Shown one piece after another: positions 58,107 to 64,000 of a DNA stretch of 64,000 nt. Both the position numbers and the translations under genes were made by a program. The notes beneath the pieces were generated by a model. The model searched no databases and was not told the DNA's origin. It worked only from the letters and a program-made list of their open reading frames with translations. Numbering within the stretch: position 1 is the first letter of the stretch; every line of letters starts with the position of its first letter. The stretch comes from a virus: positions 32,001 through 96,000 of the IMG/VR virus record IMGVR_UViG_3300028844_007948; one strand, 5' to 3'.

Positions 58107-58818
58107 TTTAAACATAAGTATAGATGATGTAAGCCCGCATCCCCAGTCTTCAACAAAAGTCCTTGAAAGATGTTTTGAGTTAATAGAGATTTTTAACGAT
58201 ATTAAATTCACCCTTTTTATTCCGACTGCTTACTGGAGAACAGTAAAGCCTGATATATCAACAGACACCCCTTTAGTTTTATCTGATTACCCAGAATTCT
58301 GTTCTGAGGTAAGATCTCTTCCGAGTAAAAATTTTGAAATAGGATATCATGGACACTATCACGGTATTCCTGGCTATAATGACAACGATGAATTCAAAAA
58401 CCTCAGCTATCAAGAAGCATTAGACAAAGTAAGACTAATGAAATTAACTGTCAAGAATGCTGGTTTAGAAAATACTTTTAGCCCCATTTTTAGACCTCCT
58501 GCTTGGAAAATGAGCCCAGATTCTTTTAGAGCTTTCCACTCAGAAGGCATTAGCAATTTCGCTATTTTTCCTTTGAGCTTTTGTGATATTGGTTACACCC
58601 AGGCGAAAACATATAAGAATGAAGATGAAAATAAAAAATATAAAAAATCTTACGCCACTTGCTTTCCGCCTTTTGTTCCCCTTGCTTTAAAAAGTCAAAC
58701 CAATATAGTATATCATGCCTGCGAATGGGATAAGAATTATTTAAGCAAAGGTCTTACTGATGAACTTAGACGATTTATATCATCAAATAATAACACAATA
58801 AAATTTAATTTTTTATGA
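58099..58818 (+). CDS. Polysaccharide deacetylase (NodB/DUF2334-like)
   Basis: ISIDDV, EIGYHGHYH, FRPPAW. Likely start GTG 58099. Confidence 0.8.
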   Translation: MNNLNISIDDVSPHPQSSTKVLERCFELIEIFNDIKFTLFIPTAYWRTVKPDISTDTPLVLSDYPEFCSEVRSLPSKNFEIGYHGHYHGIPGYNDNDEFKNLSYQEALDKVRLMKLTVKNAGLENTFSPIFRPPAWKMSPDSFRAFHSEGISNFAIFPLSFCDIGYTQAKTYKNEDENKKYKKSYATCFPPFVPLALKSQTNIVYHACEWDKNYLSKGLTDELRRFISSNNNTIKFNFL

Positions 58819-59714
58819 ATATTTTAGTAACTGGAGGGGCTGGTTTTGTAGGAACATCTTTAATTAAAAAACTTTTAAAAAAATATAATGATTGTAAAAT
58901 TATATCTATAGATAACTACAGTTGTGGCAAAATAGAAAATCATATCGTATCCAAAAGGGTGCTGTATTTAAATAAAGACACTAGGGATTTGAATAATGTT
59001 GACGCCCCTCTGCTCTGGAACAATAAAAAGTTTTCTCCCGATGTGGTTTTTCATTTTGGAGAATATTCAAGAATAGTTACTAGTTTTGATAATATAAATC
59101 TTTGCTGGGATTATAATATGCAGGGAAGTAAATCTGTTTTAGATTTTTGCATATCAGAAAATTGCAAACTAATATATAGTGCAAGTAGCAGTAAGTTTGG
59201 AAACGACGGAAAAGATGAAAACCTATCTCCTTATGCTTGGATGAAAGCAAAGATAGTAGAGTTAATAAAAAACTACTCAGACTGGTTTGATTTAAAATAT
59301 GAAATAACTTATTTCTATAATGCTTATGGTCCTGGTCAGGTCAGGTCAGGAGATTATGCTACGGTTATAGGGATATTTGAGGAACAATACTCTAGAGGCT
59401 CCCCATTGACTGTTGTTTCTCCAGGAGAACAGTCTAGAGATTTCACTCATATTAATGATATTGTCAGAGGTGTTATTTTAGCTTATGAAAAAGGTCAACA
59501 AGGAGAGTATCCGCTTGGCACTGGTACTCCTCATAAAATTATAGATGTTGCTGAAATGTTCAAACATAAACATGTTTTGATTCCTGAAAGAAAGGGTGAA
59601 AGATTTTTTGGTAAAGCGGTTCCTTCTTTGACTTATCAGCATTTGGGATGGAAGCCGCAGATTAAATTAGAAGATTATATATCAACCGTTATAAAGAATG
59701 AAGAGAAAAATTAG
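58815..59714 (+). CDS. NAD-dependent nucleotide-sugar epimerase/dehydratase
   Basis: TGGAGFVG, YAWMK (YxxxK), YNAYGP, RDFTHINDIV. Confidence 0.9.
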   Translation: MNILVTGGAGFVGTSLIKKLLKKYNDCKIISIDNYSCGKIENHIVSKRVLYLNKDTRDLNNVDAPLLWNNKKFSPDVVFHFGEYSRIVTSFDNINLCWDYNMQGSKSVLDFCISENCKLIYSASSSKFGNDGKDENLSPYAWMKAKIVELIKNYSDWFDLKYEITYFYNAYGPGQVRSGDYATVIGIFEEQYSRGSPLTVVSPGEQSRDFTHINDIVRGVILAYEKGQQGEYPLGTGTPHKIIDVAEMFKHKHVLIPERKGERFFGKAVPSLTYQHLGWKPQIKLEDYISTVIKNEEKN

Positions 59715-60279
59715 GTTTATAGATTGTGGTGCAAATGTAGGTCAATCTACAGAATGGGCTTTAGAATTCTTTTCAAATCAAGATATTAAAGTTGATTGCT
59801 TTGAGCCATTACCTTATAATTATAATATTTTAAAAAAAAAGTTTTCTAAAGATATTCGTGTAGAAACTCATAATTTTGCAATTAGTAACAGTTCGGAACC
59901 TAAAAAATTTTATTGTCAAGACTGGGGGGCTAGGACAGGCTCTTCATTAGTTGCTGGAAAATCTTCAACGACCATAAATGATTATATAAATGTTAATTGT
60001 TTAGATATATCAGATTGGATTAAAAAAAACATTTTAGAGACAGAAGTTGCGGTTCTTAAAATAGATATAGAAGGCTCAGAGTACGATGTTCTCCCTCATT
60101 TGTTTGAGAATAAAATACATGATTTCATTAAATATTGGTTGGTAGAGTTTCACCCTGAAGTTAAAACTCCTAATTACAATAATTCTGTTAGGCTGGACTC
60201 AAAATCTAAAATAGCCAACTTATGTGAATGGGATCTCAGCTACCAGGATGCTGAAGAAATGTTGCAAGAATTAAAGTGA
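59698..60279 (+). CDS. FkbM-family SAM methyltransferase
   Basis: FIDCGANVG, FEP, LKIDIEGSEY, VEFH. Confidence 0.9.
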   Translation: MKRKIRFIDCGANVGQSTEWALEFFSNQDIKVDCFEPLPYNYNILKKKFSKDIRVETHNFAISNSSEPKKFYCQDWGARTGSSLVAGKSSTTINDYINVNCLDISDWIKKNILETEVAVLKIDIEGSEYDVLPHLFENKIHDFIKYWLVEFHPEVKTPNYNNSVRLDSKSKIANLCEWDLSYQDAEEMLQELK

Positions 60280-61232
60280 ACTTCATCTTATATGAAATGA
60301 CTTATCTCCGTTATTTCCTTCCGTTAATAATAGAGGGAAATAAACAAGGTATAAAATCTTTTGTTTACTATGGTCAAAACCAAAAATATAACAATCCTTT
60401 AGCTTGTTTAGATTTTTTAACCAAGCTTTCGTGTTTTTATAATTTTGAGTTAATAAAACTTTCTCCCCGATCTCTTCGTGATCCTACTTTTTTTGTCGAA
60501 GGCGAGTATTCACAACACATCAACTGTGACAAAAAAATATCTTTAACTTATATGACTGACTTCAGAATGAGTTTCAAAAAATACATAGATAACATTAACT
60601 TTTGTGTTTTCCCTTCTAGATTTTTTGCTTCACTTGGAGGTTTCGAAAATCACCCTAAGTCTGTGTTTTATGGAAGTCCAAAGTATGATATCAACTTTAA
60701 CTTAGATGAAATTTTCGAGAAATATAAACTCTCAAAAAAAGATAAATATATTTTCATGCCTATGCCTCGACTTAGAGACTCTACCAAGATAGATTTAAAT
60801 TCAATTTGCGATATAGCTAGAGATATAGGTTATAAAGTTATTACTAAAACAAGGGGTAAAGACCCATATAAGATCAACTCGGATTATCACTTTATGGATG
60901 AATCTTGGTTTCCACATGACAGCATGGAGCTTATTTATGCTAGCGACATGGTTATCAATTTTAGCTCTACAATAACTAAAGAGGTCCTTATGTTAAAAAA
61001 GAGAATGTTAAACCTGAACATAAAACCATTCCCTCAAAGGCTGATAAAATTTTATGAGTGTAAGAATTTCAAGAACATGAATTCTGATTTCAATAATCTT
61101 GATTTAATAAAATCCAATATAAAAGATCTACTTGCTAAAGAGTACGATTATGATTACTATATAAAAAAGTTTTTATCTTCAGGTAGTGCTTCAAAGAGAA
61201 TCATAAATCGCTTAGTAAAGAATGAATGTTAA
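60276..61232 (+). CDS. GT-B protein, TagF/sialyltransferase-like
   Basis: GSPKYD, ASDMVINFSSTITKE and terminal GSASKRI motifs. Directly upstream of neuA/neuB. Confidence 0.5.
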   Translation: MNFILYEMTYLRYFLPLIIEGNKQGIKSFVYYGQNQKYNNPLACLDFLTKLSCFYNFELIKLSPRSLRDPTFFVEGEYSQHINCDKKISLTYMTDFRMSFKKYIDNINFCVFPSRFFASLGGFENHPKSVFYGSPKYDINFNLDEIFEKYKLSKKDKYIFMPMPRLRDSTKIDLNSICDIARDIGYKVITKTRGKDPYKINSDYHFMDESWFPHDSMELIYASDMVINFSSTITKEVLMLKKRMLNLNIKPFPQRLIKFYECKNFKNMNSDFNNLDLIKSNIKDLLAKEYDYDYYIKKFLSSGSASKRIINRLVKNEC

Positions 61233-61803
61233 TATTATTATACCCGCAAGAGGGGGTAGCAAAAGATTAAAAGATAAAAATATTTTTCCTATTTTCGGAA
61301 AACCTATGATTTATTGGGCTATTAGAGCTGGGTTATCACTAAATCCAGATTACAAAACCAAGGTTTGGGTCACATCTGATAGCGAAAAAATCTTATCTGA
61401 ATCTAAAAAATATGGAGCCGAGACCATCTTACGTGATAAAAGTTTAGCTTGTGATCGTACATTCAAACAAGCTGCAGTTAGAGATGCTGCTAGCAAGATA
61501 TCTCAAAAAAACCCTTGTAATGTATGGATTTCTCTTCAGCCTAATTCTCCAGAAATAGAAGGTCTTCATTTAAAAGATGGCATCAATCTTTTATTGAACA
61601 GAAGTAAAGATGAAATCTTTAGTGTTGATTCTGATTTAATGCAAAATGCTGCCTTTAGAATATTTAAAGGGGATTATGTTTTTCAAAAAGATCTTAGTAC
61701 TAATTGCGGGGTGATTGTTTGTGATATCCAAGATGTTCATACAATAGATGATGCCCAGTATATAGAGTCAAAACCTCCAGCGAGAACAGTTTCTTGGTCA
61801 TGA
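61222..61803 (+). CDS. neuA: CMP-nonulosonic acid synthetase (acylneuraminate cytidylyltransferase)
   Basis: IIPARGGSKRLKDKNI..GKPMI, VTSDS, LQPNSP, DVHTIDD. Confidence 0.85.
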   Translation: MNVNIIIPARGGSKRLKDKNIFPIFGKPMIYWAIRAGLSLNPDYKTKVWVTSDSEKILSESKKYGAETILRDKSLACDRTFKQAAVRDAASKISQKNPCNVWISLQPNSPEIEGLHLKDGINLLLNRSKDEIFSVDSDLMQNAAFRIFKGDYVFQKDLSTNCGVIVCDIQDVHTIDDAQYIESKPPARTVSWS

Positions 61804-62486
61804 GTGTTTATATTATAAGTGAATTGTGCGGTCAATGGGGAGGCTCCATTGATAAAGCAAAAAAAATGATAGACCAATCCGCCGAAGGTGGAGCTAATGC
61901 TGTTAAAGTTCAACTTTATGACACTTACAGAATGCCTGGAAAAGATAGACACAAGTGGGAATACCTTTCTATGTCCAAAGATGTTTTTCTAGAGCTCAAA
62001 TCTTATTCCGAAAGCAGCGGTTTAGATTATTTCGCGTCAGTTTTTCATTTAGATAGGTTTGAGTGGGTTAAAGAGTCGGGCTTATCTATAAATAAAATAG
62101 CGAGTGGTTTAATAAAAAATGATTTTGAGCTTTGCTGTCATATGGTAAAATCTAATATAAAAACATATTGCTCTTTAGGCAAATGGGAAAATGATGGGTT
62201 ACCTTTTGATAATATTAATGTTGATTATCTTCATTGTGTTTGCAAGTATCCTCATACTGAAGAGGAGGGAATATCCTTGCTGCCAAAATATTTTGATAAA
62301 AATTTAGTCGGTTATAGCGATCATTGCGATGGAATAAATGCTTGTAAAGAGGCTATTAAAAGAGGGTCCACTGTTATAGAAAAACATTTTACATTAGACA
62401 AAAACCTTCAATCGGAAACGGAAGCAGCTCATCATTGCTCAATGAACCTTAAGGAGCTCAAGGAACTTTCTAAATTTTGTAAGTAA
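61800..62486 (+). CDS. neuB: N-acetylneuraminate synthase-family protein (no C-terminal SAF domain)
   Basis: GANAVKVQ, KIAS, LHCVCKYP, GYSDH, IEKHFTLD. Likely start ATG 61800. Confidence 0.85.
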   Translation: MSVYIISELCGQWGGSIDKAKKMIDQSAEGGANAVKVQLYDTYRMPGKDRHKWEYLSMSKDVFLELKSYSESSGLDYFASVFHLDRFEWVKESGLSINKIASGLIKNDFELCCHMVKSNIKTYCSLGKWENDGLPFDNINVDYLHCVCKYPHTEEEGISLLPKYFDKNLVGYSDHCDGINACKEAIKRGSTVIEKHFTLDKNLQSETEAAHHCSMNLKELKELSKFCK

Positions 62487-63347
62487 ATGGATGTAGGTAT
62501 TTTTCTTTCTTGTTACAACTCTGAAAATACAATAGAAGATTGTATTAATTCTATTCTATCTCAGACTTTTCGTGGTTTTTCTCTGTATATATTTGATGAT
62601 AACAGTACTGATGATACTGTTAAAATGATATCAAAGATAAAAGATGATAGGGTAAAGTTAATTTGTTCTGATTCAAATATTGGAACATATGCATCTAAAA
62701 ATTTTTTATTAAAAAAATATGGAGGTTTACATAAATACATAGCACTTCAAGATGCCGATGATATAAGTATCAAAGATCGAATACAAGAACAGTACGACTT
62801 TCTTGAAAATAGCGACGAGTTAACAGCTTGTTGTGGAACAAATATTATTGAGTTCTGGGAAGATGGTTATACCCCTCATACAGTTTCTAAAGAAAAAGCA
62901 GTTAAGAATAGTAGAAAAAACCACTACCCTGTAAATGTTAAAAGGTCAATATTAAGAGATATATGTAATTATCTTTCAAGCGAAGATCTTTACAAAGATT
63001 ATATGAAAGTTAAAATTTGCATGAATGGATCTCTAATGTTCAAAAGAAGCGTTCTGGATGAGCTTGAAGGCTGGGACGGGAACACCCATATAGCTGCGGA
63101 CACAGGAATTTTTCTCAGAATATTGTCAAAGTATAAGATATTTAATTTGCAAGAGTTTTTATATAAACGCAGATTTTCAAAATCATCTTTGACTGCCAGT
63201 AGTAATTTTGGTGTTTCTTCTGATCTCAGAAAATCATACAATTTGAAAAGAAGTGAAATCCCAAAACTCTCCTTAGCTGGGGTAGTGCAAAAAGAGAATT
63301 TTTTCTTTCCTGAATTTAACTTTAAAATTATCGATCTCAAATCATAA
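62487..63347 (+). CDS. GT2 glycosyltransferase
   Basis: YNSE..I..CINSILSQTF, FDDNSTD, ALQDADD. Confidence 0.9.
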   Translation: MDVGIFLSCYNSENTIEDCINSILSQTFRGFSLYIFDDNSTDDTVKMISKIKDDRVKLICSDSNIGTYASKNFLLKKYGGLHKYIALQDADDISIKDRIQEQYDFLENSDELTACCGTNIIEFWEDGYTPHTVSKEKAVKNSRKNHYPVNVKRSILRDICNYLSSEDLYKDYMKVKICMNGSLMFKRSVLDELEGWDGNTHIAADTGIFLRILSKYKIFNLQEFLYKRRFSKSSLTASSNFGVSSDLRKSYNLKRSEIPKLSLAGVVQKENFFFPEFNFKIIDLKS

Positions 63348-63353
63348 TATATC

Positions 63354-63986
63354 ATGGCTCCTTTATCGAATAGCCCACTTGTTTCAATTATAGTCACTAA
63401 TTATAATTATTCTAAATATATACAAAGATGCATTAGGAGTTGTATAGATCAAAAGTATGTTTCTCACGAGGTTATTGTAGTAGACGATTGCTCAACAGAC
63501 GATTCGGAAGAGCAGCTCGTTCCATTTTTACAAAATACAACCCTCTTAAAAACAGAAAAAAATTCTGGTGTTGCTAGGGCAGCAAACTTAGGAGTTTCAA
63601 GATGTAGAGGCAGGTTTTTCATTAGGGTTGACTCTGATGACTATGTTCATAGCGAAATGTGCCATATGCTTTCTAAGTATTTACAAATGAACAGGGATTC
63701 TTTTTGCGTTTCTTGTGATTATATTCTTGTCGATGAAATGGAAAATAAAATTACCAGAAAATATGCAGAGGTTGACGACATTTCCTGCGGTATAATGTAC
63801 AGAAAAGATCTTTTCGTTGAACTCGGTTCTTATAATCCAGAAATGAGACATAAAGAAGAAAGAGAGTTAAGAAAAAGATTAGGTTCAGACTATAAAATAG
63901 ACCACTTAAGAATGCCATTTTATAGATATAGAATGCATGACTCTAATAAAACTAAATCTAAAGAGTACGAACAAACAAAAGTATGA
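63354..63986 (+). CDS. GT2 glycosyltransferase
   Basis: LVSIIVTNYN, VIVVDDCSTD, GVARAANLG, RVDSDD. Confidence 0.9.
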   Translation: MAPLSNSPLVSIIVTNYNYSKYIQRCIRSCIDQKYVSHEVIVVDDCSTDDSEEQLVPFLQNTTLLKTEKNSGVARAANLGVSRCRGRFFIRVDSDDYVHSEMCHMLSKYLQMNRDSFCVSCDYILVDEMENKITRKYAEVDDISCGIMYRKDLFVELGSYNPEMRHKEERELRKRLGSDYKIDHLRMPFYRYRMHDSNKTKSKEYEQTKV

Positions 63987-64000
63987 CTAAATCAAAAGCG

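Noticed and set aside
224-63397. Many short ORFs antisense or out of frame to long genes (e.g. 6525..7004 +, 15880..16227 -, 28155..28547 -, 48224..48670 +, 62999..63397 -)
   Set aside because: Fully overlap well-supported genes, have shadow-like composition (Ser/Phe/Leu-rich) and no motifs.
1-64000. tRNA/rRNA genes, integrase or transposase, stop-codon reassignment
   Set aside because: Intergenic gaps are short with no cloverleaf seen, no recombinase motifs were recognised, and genes are intact in the standard code using TAA, TGA and TAG as stops.

Overview
64 kb of a large, AT-rich dsDNA tailed phage with siphovirus-like morphogenesis and a lambda-like tail tip. The window uses the standard genetic code and is almost fully coding. 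1-46.6 kb is the virion module: portal C-terminus, prohead protease with a nested scaffold, decoration protein, major capsid protein, neck proteins, an inverted block of putative tail chaperones, tail tube, a 3576-aa tape measure protein (TMP), tube-like and gpM/L/K/I/J-like tip proteins, and large fibre/appendage proteins. 46.6-51.5 kb is a minus-strand block (small Cys proteins, glycosyltransferase, SSB, sigma-like factor, dNMP kinase, dUTPase). 51.6-64 kb is a dense glycan cluster: about 10 glycosyltransferase-like genes, 2 FkbM methyltransferases, a deacetylase, an epimerase, NeuA and NeuB. Best candidate novel system: TMP residues 541-1479 form an array of 7 domain-sized cassettes separated by 8 copies of a short peptide delimiter, consensus [AS]-N-x-G-[LM]-I-P-N-[YF]. 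One cassette is a clear GNAT acetyltransferase, which suggests a motif-delimited cargo polyprotein injected with the TMP. Also notable: strong [S/T]-G dipeptide enrichment in exposed tail proteins next to the glycosylation cluster, and a phage-specific GTGTA/ATGTAATTT promoter family beside a phage-encoded sigma factor. All family assignments come from motif recognition by eye, with no database searches. The host cannot be determined from this window.
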